Source: Octopus bimaculoides
Taxonomy: Eukaryota
Length of the DNA: 64,000 nt
Reading direction: 5' to 3'
NCBI RefSeq assembly: GCF_001194135.2
Contig: NC_068997.1
Location: forward strand, 43,582,882 to 43,646,881
This document shows positions 26,162-38,796 of the stretch, piece after piece. Numbering within the stretch: position 1 is the first letter of the stretch; each line of letters opens with the position of its first letter. Made by a program: the position numbers and the translations under genes. The notes below the pieces were generated by a model that searched no databases, was not told where the DNA came from, and saw only the letters and a program-made list of their open reading frames with translations.

Positions 26162-26384
26162 GTATGCGTGTATGTGTTTGTGTGTGTGTTTGTCCCCCCA
26201 GCATCGCTTGACAACCGATGCTGGTGTGTTTATGTTCCCGTAACTTAGCGGTTCGGCAAAAGTGACTGATAGAATAAGTACTAGGCTTCCAGAGAATAAG
26301 TCCGTGGGTCGATTTGCTCGACTAAAAGCGGTGCTCCAGCATGGCCACAGTCAAATGACTGAAACAAGTAAAAGAGTAAAAGAG
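25931..26384 (+). mobile_element. SINE family A, full-length young copy
   Basis: A-box-like tggctgtgtgg, B-box-like ggttca(g/t)tccc, central (AT)n/(GT)n and tail gactgaaacaagtaaaagagtaaaagag. CpG-rich relative to the flanks. More than 20 partial or complete relatives occur in the window. Confidence 0.9.
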
Positions 26385-26681
26385 ATTAGGTATAGCTGTG
26401 TGGTTAAGAATTTTACTTGGTCTTCTAGTAGAGTCTGAACTCGACCGATGCTCTGTGAGTGAAATTTGGAAGCAGTAAACTGTATGGAGAACCTGTGTGT
26501 ATGTGTGCGTGCACATGTGAATCAGTAACGGATTGTCGATAAATCATTGCATGAAACAAATGTTATATTCCATTACACTAAAGAACTTAACCATTCAATA
26601 AATAGGAGTTAATAAGAAGTAAATTATCAGATAAAATACTGAAATCAATATGAATAATATATATGAAGTATTGTGTGCAAT

Positions 26682-27860
26682 ACTCCATATAATTTCATAT
26701 AATTTATCATATAATTTACTTCATAAACTCCTTATAATTTCATATTATTTATCATATAATTTACTTCATAAACTCCTTATAATTTCATATTATTTATCAT
26801 ATAATTTACTTCATATACTCCATATAATTTCATATAATTTACTTCATATACTCCATATAATTTCATATAATTTATCATATAATTTACTTCATAAACTCCT
26901 TATAATTTCATATAATTTATCATATAANNNNNNNNNNNNNNNNNNNNNNNNNNNNNNNNNNNNNNNNNNNNNNNNNNNNNNNNNNNNNNNNNNNNNNNNN
27001 NNNNNNNNNNNNNNNNNNNNNNNNNNNNNNNNNNNNNNNNNNNNNNNNNNNNNNNNNNNNNNNNNNNNNNNNNNNNNNNNNNNNNNNNNNNNNNNNNNNN
27101 NNNNNNNNNNNNNNNNNNNNNNNNNNNNNNNNNNNNNNNNNNNNNNNNNNNNNNNNNNNNNNNNNNNNNNNNNNNNNNNNNNNNNNNNNNNNNNNNNNNN
27201 NNNNNNNNNNNNNNNNNNNNNNNNNNNNNNNNNNNNNNNNNNNNNNNNNNNNNNNNNNNNNNNNNNNNNNNNNNNNNNNNNNNNNNNNNNNNNNNNNNNN
27301 NNNNNNNNNNNNNNNNNNNNNNNNNNNNNNNNNNNNNNNNNNNNNNNNNNNNNNNNNNNNNNNNNNNNNNNNNNNNNNNNNNNNNNNNNNNNNNNNNNNN
27401 NNNNNNNNNNNNNNNNNNNNNNNNNNNNNNNNNNNNNNNNNNNNNNNNNNNNNNNNNNNNNNNNNNNNNNNNNNNNNNNNNNNNNNNNNNNNNNNNNNNN
27501 NNNNNNNNNNNNNNNNNNNNNNNNNNNNNNNNNNNNNNNNNNNNNNNNNNNNNNNNNNNNNNNNNNNNNNNNNNNNNNNNNNNNNNNNNNNNNNNNNNNN
27601 NNATTTACTTCATATACTCCATATAATTTCATATAATTTACTTCATATACTCCATATAATTTCATATAAGTTATCATATAATTTACTTCATATACTCCAT
27701 ATAATTTCATATAATTTACTTCATATACTCCATATAATTTCATATAATTTATCATATAATTTACTTCATATACTCCATATAATTTCATATAATTTACTTC
27801 ATATACTCCATATAATTTCATATAATTTATCATATAATTTACTTCATATAATTTATCTAA
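26682..27860. repeat. Minisatellite of 45-bp and 33-bp units (675-N gap inside)
   Basis: actccatataatttcatataatttatcatataatttacttcatat (45) and the same unit minus a 12-bp module (33). Virtually no G on the + strand. Confidence 0.95.
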
Positions 27861-28357
27861 ATTTGTACCATCGGCCTACATGAGTTATCCCCTCTTAGCT
27901 CTTTTTTTTTTTACGCAAATTACTGACCCAAACTCTTCATGACTTTTATTTTATATAAAGCCAGCTTTGGTAGACAATGCTAAGATTTAATAAGACTGAA
28001 ACACATCTATAGCTGTCCTTTTGCAAGCAAGGATTACCTCCCCACATTCAACCTCCATATTAAATTGTGAAATTAGTTGATTCTTAGTTTTCTGAAATTG
28101 TCCCCCTGTTTCCCTGTTGGTTGCTTGTGACCAAATACCACAATATTTTTGTCTTCTTTCTTTAACCCTTTAGTATTTAAACCAGCCATATCCAGCCAAA
28201 ATATTCTAATTGTTTTAGTTTTGAAATGGCCAGATTTTGCTTTTCACACCTGCCCTACAATGTCATTAATAAAACAACCAATCGCATCATCAAAATCATC
28301 AAGCTACAAGATAATGCATGATTAATTCAAAACAATGTGAATTTTTAAGCATTACAA

Positions 28358-28707
28358 TTACTCTTTACTTGTTTCAGTCATTTGACTGTGGCCATGCTGG
28401 AGCACCACTTTTAGTTGAGAAAATTGACCCCTGGACTTATTCTTTGTAAGCCTAGTACTTATTCTATCAGTTTCTTTTACTGAACCACTAAGTTACAGGG
28501 ACACAAACACACCAGCATCGGTTGTCAAGCGATGCTGGGGGGACAAACACAGACGCACAAACACACACACATACATATATATACATATATACGACAGGCT
28601 TCTTTCAGTTTCTGTCTACCAAATCCACTCACACGGCTTTGGTCGGCCCAAGGCTATAGTAGAAGACACTTGCCCAAGGTGCCACACAGTGGGACTGAAC
28701 CCGGAAC
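28358..28707 (-). mobile_element. SINE family A
   Basis: Reverse complement of the family A tail, body and part of the head. Confidence 0.85.
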
Positions 28708-30044
28708 CGAATACTTCATTTATTTCAGAATTTTTTGCAGATATCTCTGAGTACATCACTCATTACTTATCTAACTTCATGCTCCTGACCCACTTGATTT
28801 ATTTCCCTTTGATGATATTTCATATTTTGCTCTTTAGTATTCTGTATATCTTATTTAATGTGAATACACAGTAGAAAACCCATAAAACTGCAGTATTTGT
28901 CTCAAGACAGCATCTAATAACAAATTTTACCTAGACTACTAGCTATTTGTGATACCAGTAATTTGTCAATCAGAGGCTAAATTTGTCTAAGCATGCAGCT
29001 GCTAGTAGATACTTGCCACTGATGATGCTGAAAGGAAGCAGAAATCTAGATTTTACAATTTCATTTACTGCTGCTAAACACCTTTCATCTGCTGCTGATA
29101 TGCTTCTGTGCTTTTTAGTACTTTATGCCTATACGAGATGCTGCCTTGAGAAAAAATAACAGTTTTGTGACTTTCAACAGTAAATCCACATTGAGTAAGA
29201 TACACAGAATGCTATTTTGAACTAATATTGCTTCTGTCACTAATAACAAATAATACACTTTGGATATGCATTTCTAAAATATTTCACTTAATGTTGTTTA
29301 ACTCCAGTCTCAACCAACCTATGATCAAAGTTGTCCAGATGTGACCATCCTGTATTTCTTTTGTGTTTGAGTGAGTGTTTCTAGGATCACATTATTCAAT
29401 GAATCCTTTCCTTTTTAAGAATTTGACGGAGATTTGACTGCTTTCTCTTGTAGAACAACTGATTGTATAGATGCTCTTTTTAGGCTTGTTATTTTACTCA
29501 TTGTTCAAAACTACCTGTTCATGAGATCAAATCTGCTCCCAGCATTTTATCACATTTTTAGAAAGAACACTATACTCTGCATTCTTTCAGCCAATTTATA
29601 TCTCTCAGAAACAGACACCATGTAATTTAATAATGTTACTTATGATAGATAGGGAGCAACCTACCTATCTAGGGGTATATTTTTATAATCACTTCATATT
29701 GTAAAACCAGAGCTAAGTACTGGCTCTCAAATGAAGGAGGAACCTATTAAACATTTATTTTTATATTCATTAATTCAAGATATAGCCCAGAGACTTTTTA
29801 TCTTTCCAGCCCTGCCATCACTATATTTCTAATGAAGCATACTGCTTAAGTGTTTCAATTAATTTTGAAAATAATCAAGAATCTGGCAGGATTTAGCAAA
29901 ACAGCATCGTTATTAAGTAATGGAGCATAGCATAACAAAAAGATTCTTATATATAATAAAAAGTTTCAATTTCCACAGGAACATTTTGTATTTAGTCCCT
30001 ATCTCAGTGGGAGATGGGGTATCAATTAAGTTGAGTGTTCTTAA

Positions 30045-30259
30045 CCTTTTAGTATTTAAACTGACCATATCCAGCCCAAATATTCTATCCACTTTATGTT
30101 CAAACTAGCCAGACCTGGCTTCTCACATCTAGAATGTCATTCTAAAAATAAACAGTCACATCTTTGACATCTCAAAGCTACAAGGTAATTCATGGTGAAT
30201 TTAAAAAGATGCGAATAAATAAGCATTACATTTGAAAAGCTAATCTGAATACTAAAGGG
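30045..30259 (+). mobile_element. TTAA-flanked piggyBac-like MITE (family 2)
   Basis: TTAA|CCTTTTAG ... CTAAAGGG|TTAA. Further copies at 12284, ~16590-16740 (-), ~28165-28350 and 37951 (-). Confidence 0.8.
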
Positions 30260-31705
30260 TTAATGTTCAGTGTGATAAATTGTGGTTGTGGGGAGAACAT
30301 GAACAAGCAGTGGAGAAAGAGAGAGGGGAAACTTTGTTCCTCTCACCTGGTACTACTTACTACATTCTCCTCTCCTTCACTACTTTCTCTATCTCCTAAT
30401 AGAAACCATTGAGAGGAACCTGTATATTAGTTGCTTCACCTGCTAGAACTAGCAACCAAATCTCTCAGAAACCAACCAGATGCTACCAGCTTCAATGAAC
30501 TACTTACACTGAATGATGTAGTCCTACATATATCATGTCTGTGTAACAAGTGGAGTGGGGGTGCTTACATCAGGTGCAACTTTTTGGGACATCTTTAATA
30601 ATTGTAAGTCAGCGTAATCAGGGTTGAACTGGTGTTAAACAACAGTAACAACCTTCACCATTAAATACCTATGACAAATGGTCATGGCTGGAATACATTT
30701 CATTCAATATTTACCCGGTCAGGGTTGACCTGGGGTTAAACAATGCAACTACTACCACTATCACCACTATCACCACCACCACCACTATCTCTTTCTCCCA
30801 TATCCCACCAGGCTATGTTCCCCTATCTTTCATTGTTGCTCAGAGCCTCATTCCTTCAGCTCATTTCCAAAACATCAAAAGCCTGTTTATCTGAAGGAAA
30901 AAAAAAATTCCAGAGTACAGACCCAATAATTACCATCCCTAATATCCCCCCCCCCTACCATCACCATTGTCCATCATCTCATCTACTGGGGTACCTCCAT
31001 CTCTCTCTCTCACACACTGGAGCAGTTTAATATCCCTTAGCAATGACTTTCACTCTGATCGTTCTCCCCCCCCCTGTGTGCTTCAAGCATGACTGATAGC
31101 TGATAGTTGTCTGTCTCTCCCTTTTTCTTTCTCTCTCTCTTCTTTTTCCAACTGTGCAAGCTCTCTCAAGCATGACCTTCCACTGTAACATCTCTCCCTC
31201 TCCTCTTGTCCTCTTTAGGGACCTCTATCATACTGTCCCTGGACTTGTTTACTATAAATAGTGGCCAATCTCCCTCAAATTACACCCAACCATATTAAAA
31301 ATAAGTAAATAAATAGAAAGGAAGGACACATCAGATAATGTAGTCTTAGATACACTGACGCTATATCTCAAAAGAAAAGAGTGGATGGTCACAGTAGGAA
31401 TGCTTTTGAATGTTTTTCAAAGCTGATGGGATGAGCACATTTGGAATCTTACTAGATCAGAGCTGCCTTCTCCAGGTTAATCAGCAACTTCAACAGCCTC
31501 TATGAAATTGAATTTCTTGTTGCCTGAAGAATCACATTAGTCATAATTCTGTAATTACAGTAGAATGGACTATCAGCTTCTAATGAATATATATATATAC
31601 CTAGAAATAGACATGGTTTGGTGATAGGAAGGGCATCTGATTATAGAAATTTCACCTCAGCAAATGCTGTCTGTCCCATGCTAGCACAGAAAAATGAGCA
31701 TTAAA

Positions 31706-31756
<51 letters not shown>

Positions 31757-32359
31757 GAAGTGAAGTCATAGTTTGAAGAACCTACAAGAATAGGTGCAAG
31801 CGCTAATATTTATAAAACATGTGACATTAATAAAAACCTGTAAATGTACAACTATCCAGATATCTGAGTGCCTTATTATTTGTTCCAATATATAATTCCT
31901 GTACATCACCTCCAAACCTTCCAATACATACATACATACATACATACATACATACATACATACATACATACATACATACATACATACATACATACATACA
32001 TACATACATACATGCATGCATGCATGCATGCATGCATGCATGCATAGGCGTGACTGTGTGGCAAAAAGCTTGTTTTCCAACTGCATGGTTGTGGGTTTGG
32101 GAGACAGAAACTGGAAAATGCCTGTTGTGTATGTGTGTGTGTGTGTGTGTGTGTGTCTTTGTGTCTGTGTTAGTCCCCCACCATTGCTTGACAACTAGTG
32201 TGTGTGTTTATGTGCCTGTAACTTAGCAGTTCAGTAAAAAGCACTGATAGAATACATACCAGGCCTAAATGGTTTTTTTCAATTGCATGAACTAAAAGTA
32301 GGAGGGGATAGAATAAACTACCTGCATCAACTTGCTATAAAAGCCGGTATTAATTTTAC

Positions 32360-32925
32360 CATGTCTTTATTCTTAGTGCAAGTTTTGAAGAGTGTAGTTC
32401 AATTTTAACAGTTATTTTTTCAAAGCTATAATAGAAGTGACAGACAAGTATATTTTGGCATATTTTGCTTTATGAGTTCAATAAAGGCAACGATGCAACA
32501 GAAAGTGCAAGGAATATTAATGCAGTATTTGGGAATTGGACAATAAGTGTAAGCCAGTGTCAGTGATAGTTCCAGAAATTCTGAGCTGGAAACTACAGCC
32601 TAGAAGCCTCGTCCTGGAAGATCTGTAGAGCTCAACAAGGATGTCCTGCAAACTCTGGTGGAACAAAATCCTATTGTAACTGGAGGAACTAGCAGAGAAG
32701 CTTGGATTTGGTCATTCAACCATTCATGGACACCTGCATGCCATTGAAAAAGTCAGCAAATCAATGGGTTCTTCTTTGCTGTCACATCTCACAAATGAAC
32801 TTTTTTTTGGACCAAATAGTGACTGGTAATAAGAAATGGGTTCTCTATAAAATTGTCAAGCACTGAAGATAGTGGGTAGGGAAAGGAGAAATACTGGTAC
32901 CCCAGGCTAAAAAAGGTCTTTGCTA
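32360..32925 (+). mobile_element. mariner transposase 5' half, decayed
   Basis: Frames give HILLYEFNKGNDATESARNINAVFG, PRPGRSVELNKDVLQTLVEQNP, EELAEKLGFGHSTIHGHL and FLDQIVTGNKKWVLY..WVGKGEILVPQAKKGL. Confidence 0.85.
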
Positions 32926-33444
32926 AGCTAAGAGCACTAGATTCTTTGGAAGAAAGCAAGCCACAACAGGTGTCTTTCGACTAAGGATGAATTAAATTAA
33001 GCTGGTGTGTGTGGAAGTGAAGCAGGAACATAGGAGATGAAAGTCATGGGAAGGAATATAAGAGATACTACAGATGGTAGTGAAACCAAGAAAGAAAGGT
33101 CAGGCTTGGTTGAACACTGGTCACATGGAAGGAGAGGAGAGAGGTAGGGGTAGAAGGATTGAAGAATTAGGGAGGGACAAGAAAGAGAGAAAAAAAGGAA
33201 AGGGACAGAGTGAGATAAAGGAGGGAAAGTGATGAGAATGAAGGGAAGGCTAAGAAATGTGAGAGAGGGTGGGAGTGAGAAAACAAAAGTGGAAGGAATG
33301 AAGAAAGTGTGAAGGGGGCTAAAGGAAAGAATAAAAGAGTCCTACAGAAGTTATGTACTTATTATTTGTTCCAATATATAATTCCTGTACATCACCTCCA
33401 AACCTTCCAATACATACATACATACATACATACATACATACATA

Positions 33445-33699
33445 ATGCATGCACAGGAGACCAAAAGTATAAGTATATATAAAATAACAAAACAAAAAGT
33501 GGCCTGTGTTAGAATGGGGGCAGCTGATGAAGGAAAATGTTCTCTATGTGGCCTGTGTGTTTTCTGTACTCTGCTTATTATTATTTTTTTGTCTACGTTT
33601 TGTTTGCAATGTCCTGTACCCAGATATGCACCTATATACACAGGTAGATGTAGGTATGCACATACTTGTACATATATATGCATATACTCATTTATTATT

Positions 33700-33730
<31 letters not shown>
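33445..33730. mobile_element. Possible Penelope-like terminal fragment
   Basis: Contains gcagctgatgaagg and shares a segment with 23955-24045. The family assignment is by resemblance only. Confidence 0.3.
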
Positions 33731-33959
33731 AGAGGCTTGTTCATTAGTATTCATGAGTTTCAACAACTGTCCCTTTCCTACTAATATATACATCTTCATG
33801 ACTGTTCTTCATGCTCACATGAGTTGGCCAGAACTGCCTGGGCTCCATTTGTCTTGTTTTGGTATGGTTTCTATGGCTGGATACCCTTCCTAATGCCAAC
33901 CACTTTACAAAGTGTACCGGATGCTTTTATATGCCATTCAACCATTCATGGTCATTTTA

Positions 33960-34297
33960 TTTGGTCATTCAACCATTCATGGACACCTGCATGCCATTGA
34001 AAAAGTCAGCAAATCAATGGGTTCTTCTTTGCTGTCACATCTCACAAATGAACTTTTTTTTGGACCAAATAGTGACTGGTAATAAGAAATGGGTTCTCTA
34101 TAAAATTGTCAAGCACTGAAGATAGTGGGTAGGGAAAGGAGAAATACTGGTACCCCAGGCTAAAAAAAGGTCTTTGCTAAGAGCACTAGATTCTTTGGAA
34201 GAAAGCAAGCCACAACAGGTGTCTTTCGACTAAGGATGAATTAAATTAAGCTGGTGTGTGTGGAAGTGAAGCAGGAACATAGGAGATGAAAGTCATG
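33960..34297 (+). repeat. Near-identical duplicate of 32707-33048
   Basis: Differs only by a 5-bp ctaag duplication and one A in the parts compared. Confidence 0.95.
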
Positions 34298-34773
34298 TTT
34301 TTACATGGCACCAGCACCCATGACCCCACAAGACTAAGATCTCTCGGCTGAGAAAAGGATGTAGAAGATGTGCCTGTATACATGGACAGCCACATATCTA
34401 CATACATGTAAACAGTTTTATAACATATGCACACATAATCATACACATTTCCCTTTCATAAAGTTGTACTCAGTAAAGAAAATTAAATTCACTTGGTCTT
34501 TACATTCCATAAAAAACCTGAAATGCATTCTATCATAAATACTGTTTTCATTTTAATTTAATATTTAAGAAAACATATCACCTTCTCATGTCACACTAAA
34601 ATCCTTCGCATTTTTAAAACTTTTTACCAGTCATACTCTCACTAATGTAGACCACTAATAGTCTCTCAGGATTACATGAGTTCCATTTGATATACACACT
34701 ATATACATATATTATATTTTGCCAAACATGGTTTGGTTAGTTTTTATGCTGAGTCACTATAAAAACTATACAT

Positions 34774-34990
34774 AAGGTGACGAGCTGGCAGAAACGTTAA
34801 CACGCCAGGCGAAATGCTTAGTGGTATTTCATCTGTCTTTATGTTCTGAGTTCAAATTCCACTGAGGTCGACTTTGTTTTTCATCTTTTCAGGGTCAATA
34901 AATTAAGTACCAATTGCATACTGGGGTTGATTTAATCGATTGGCCCCCTCCCCCAGAATTTTGGGCTTTGTGTCTAGAGTAGAAAAGAAT
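34774..34990 (+). mobile_element. SINE family B (tRNA-like head, gagttcaaattcc B-box)
   Basis: aaggtgacgagctggcag...gagttcaaattcc..gtcgactttg..tttcatc...gggctttgtg..tagagtagaaaagaat. Relatives at ~1345-1560 (-), ~2180-2340 (-), ~10215-10385, ~24295-24460 (-), ~56085-56290, ~57885-58100 and ~58590-58740 (-). Confidence 0.8.
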
Positions 34991-37950
34991 GTAAAAACTG
35001 TACAAGGTTAGTGAAGCTAGCAGGTTTTCTAAAGTGATTATAGTGAAAGAGGTAAGAACAGGAGAATTATAGTAGGACATTGCTTGAAGGAAAGATTTCA
35101 AATTTTTTGTGTTAAAGGATGAAATCTTTATCATCACCTACCAAATATTTGAGTGCAAGCAAATTGCCAATATCATTGCAATATTTATTCAGGCTCCTTA
35201 CGTTTTGAGTTCAAATGATGTATAAGTATCTAAGATGGTGAACTGTGGAATCATTAGTATGTCAGTGGGATGCTTTGCTGTATCTGTTCTGGCTTTGTGC
35301 ATTCTGAGTTCAAATCCAATCACGGATTACATAGATGAAAGACTTAATCCACCACCTGGTTTAACATCACTACCTAACCCTAACCCAGTCCATGGGCGCC
35401 TTTAGAGCAGTGGTAAAATTTGGCTGTTATAATTTCAGTGCAATAAATTGGTTATGTTTCTGCATTACACAAAATATTTTAACAATTTTTTTATACAATT
35501 CCTAATAATATTTAATTATGAAAATATAATAAGTTATTTTAATACTTCAATTGGCTATTGGAGTCCAGCAAGAGTAAAATCGGAATCAAAGTGGTCCACA
35601 GGCAAAAAATGGCTTAGAACCACTGCTGTAGAGGAATCCACTATGTTTCATGCATTTATGCCAGGTCTCCAATTTGTGAATTCTTCCCTCCCTCTCACCA
35701 GACTTAGAGGTTGAAGAGTGTTATGAGTACTGCCCTTGCCACTTGGTTAATTGATAAAAAAAAAAAAAAATGCTTAGTCATGTGGTTAAGTAGTTCAGTT
35801 TACAATTACATGATTTGGGGGTCTGGTTCCACTGTGAACCTGAAATTGTGAAAGTGAAACTGAGGCAGTGGAAAAATGTACTGAAGTCTGGCAGATGGAC
35901 TGTACTTGTTCTTCACTAGTAAACTTAAACTGCTACAACATCACCACATAAATCATTTGGGGGTGGTCTCTTGTCAGAGAATATCTACCCCCACCTCTTT
36001 CTTCTTCCTACTGGCTTCAGAGGCCCTGAACATACAGTCCTGCTCTTCCTTCTCTGGCTAAATCAGAAAACTATTTGCTACAGCCAAGCAAACTATTTCT
36101 TTTCAATCACTTGAAGCAGGATATAATGGTAGACAGAGGAGTCCTAGTCACTGGAAAATATTAAAAAATGCTGTGAAGGTGAGAGGTAGTAGATAATTAA
36201 ATCTAGTTTCATTTATAAGGCTGGATAAGAATTTGGTGGTATGGGCCCCACGTAGAAGGTAATTGAGGATTTTAGGGTGTAGCCTGACCTTCGCTGAGTA
36301 ACATGCTATCTTTTGAGAAATGTTGTTTACTATTCAGATTGTAAATAATGGCGCAAGGCCAGCAATTGGAAAGCTTGGTGCTTCAACACAACAATTTTGA
36401 AATTTTGGCTTCCAAACAGTTTCATTTTTCAATTCTCTCATGCATTTACTTAGTTGATATCATCAACTTCAGTACAACAGTCTTGTACACTATTTTATTG
36501 ACCTCAGATGGCTGAAAAGCAAAGTTAACATCAGCAGGATGAACTTAGTTTGGAGATTTTGAAGTTCAATCTAGTCTTACCTGAATGAATTGCTGTTTAC
36601 CTTTTGAGAAATGGTGTCTATTACCAGGACTGAAAATAATGCTATTTGTACATGTTCTTGGTTGGCAGATTTAATCAATCATTGCCACCTAGTCTGGGTC
36701 TCCAGCATTTAGATAATTTCTTTCTTTTCTTCTCTCTCTCCCTCCCACCCTCCTTCCTACTTGTCTCAGAAGCTCTGCAACATGTTATGGTTGTTGCTAT
36801 TCCTTCTCTGACAAAGTCATAAGAAAAGATTAGAAAAAACAAATACAGAATTTGACTGCTCACTTATTGTTTGTTGAGTTCCATGTCTCATCCTAACGGA
36901 GCAGATATGATGGAAGACTTTTCGGCCATAACTACTCCATCTTATTTTCAGCTATTGCATGTGAACAAACATAAATCAACATCTACTATCTTTTTTTTTT
37001 TAAGTTGGCAGGGCATAGTTTGAAGGAAATCGAGCTACTATTTCTAGAAAGTTGAGGAAATACATTTAGAAATTCCTTACTGGTTTGCATGGCTACCCAG
37101 TAAATTAATCTGGTAGCAAAGAAAATTTCAAGTTTCCTACAATAATTTCATTAGCGTCTGGATTAAAAGAGATAAAGTAAATGCCAGATGCTAAATTCTT
37201 ACAAAATAAAAAAGAAGAGCCAAAAAAAAAAAAATTATTAAATAAAAACCATGTTGTACCTCATTTGTATGTACTTAAGAATGCATTTGTTTCCATGATG
37301 AGGAGGTATATATCAGTGGTGTACTTAAACATCATTTGTATGTACCAAAATAGAAGGCATTATCAGAAGAGCATCAGACAAAATGTCTTGTGGTATTATT
37401 GCAGTTTCTTACATTCTGAGTTCAAATCCAGCTAAAGTCAACTTTGTCTTTCGTCCTTGCAGGATCAATAAAGTATCGGTCTGTGGTGGTGAAGTGGCAA
37501 AATCATTAGAGTGTCATACAGGATACCTTGTAGTATTTATTCTAGTTCTTTGTGTTCTGAGTCCAAATCCCACTTACTTAGATGGTGGACTTAATTTAAC
37601 CTGGTTTAACCTTCAACACCATGTTCTTCAGTGCCTTTTGTGGGGGTCAAGTTTGTTGTTTGTATTTAGACCAGGTGTGCTGTTTGAGAATACCTTCACT
37701 GCGCCTTACCTTGGAAGCCCTTAACCTTTTTATTAGAATATTTCTGTCAAAATACAATAATTTTGTTTAAATTAATTTTTTAAATAATGAAAAATTTAAG
37801 AAAATAACTTTGTCATAAACATGCTGTTTTTGGAAATAAATTAACATGAAATTTCAATAGAAGGTTTTCATTTAGTTCATTACCCATGTCAGCATGGAAG
37901 GCAGACATTAAACAATGAGGGTGACGATGAATGGTATATTAACATATTAA

Positions 37951-38170
37951 CCCTTTAGCAATCAGATTACTTTGACAAATTTAATGCTTATTTATTCACA
38001 TTGTTTTGAAATCATCATGGTTTATCTCATAGCTTCAGGATTTCAATGATGTGATTGTATATTTTTAGAATAACATTTTAGGGTAGGAGTGATAAACCAG
38101 ATCTGGCTAGTTTGAACAGAGGACAAGTAGAATATTTAATCTAGATAAGGCCAATTAAAATGCTAAATGG
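37951..38170 (-). mobile_element. TTAA-flanked MITE (family 2)
   Basis: Reverse complement of 30045-30259. Confidence 0.75.
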
Positions 38171-38317
38171 TTCATTGATGCATTTCAGCAGCATATTACA
38201 AAATCAATTTTCTTTCTAATTTGAAATTTTCATACTGTTATATTTGGGGATGGCCATATTTATTTTTGCCGACTAATCACACGTACAATATATTTGGTCT
38301 TCACTTCTGCTTTATTA

Positions 38318-38427
38318 TTATTTTTATTTTAGCATCCTTTGTCTGAAATCTTTCATCACACATCCTGTGACCTCTTCAGTGATGTGTGTCGAAAAATTTC
38401 AGACAAAGGACATTAAAATAAGAATAA
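38318..38427. repeat. ~110-bp palindrome (two ~47-bp arms, 16-nt spacer)
   Basis: ttatttttattttagcatcctttgtctgaaatctttcatcacacatc versus gatgtgtgtcgaaaaatttcagacaaaggacattaaaataagaataa. Confidence 0.8.
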
Positions 38428-38796
38428 AAAGAGCACTCGGAGAGTGCAAACCTTTGCCAAGGCAACACCAATATCCTCTCAACAATTAGCCAGAGATGAT
38501 TTTTAAAATGAGAATATCTGAAATGAACTTGACTGCTCTCACAAACGAGAATACTAAAAATGAACTCAACTCAAAAATTAGTAAAACAAAAACAAAAATA
38601 ATCCAGGATCCTTGTCTGGTACCGGATCGATCCCAAAATCTAATCAGTTCGTGCCAGTCATGAGGTCAAACATCTCTGAAAGTTTCATCCAAATGCATCC
38701 AGCATTTCTTGAGATATCTTGTCCACGGGCAGACAAACAAACAAACAAACACAACTAAAAACAATACCTCTGCCTTCGTTAAGGTGGAGGTAATAA
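38427..38796 (-). mobile_element. Non-autonomous Helentron/HINE-like element, copy 2 (internally shorter)
   Basis: Same termini as 11141-11692; lacks the ~200-bp middle segment bounded in copy 1 by a repeated aataatccagaatccttgtc. Confidence 0.65.

Noticed and set aside
26650-27833. The two longest ORFs in the track (328 aa +, 314 aa -)
   Set aside because: They are mostly N-gap plus translation of the 45/33-bp minisatellite.
29017-29027. 11-nt minus-strand micro-exon with GC donor
   Set aside because: Good acceptor but non-canonical donor and no other evidence.
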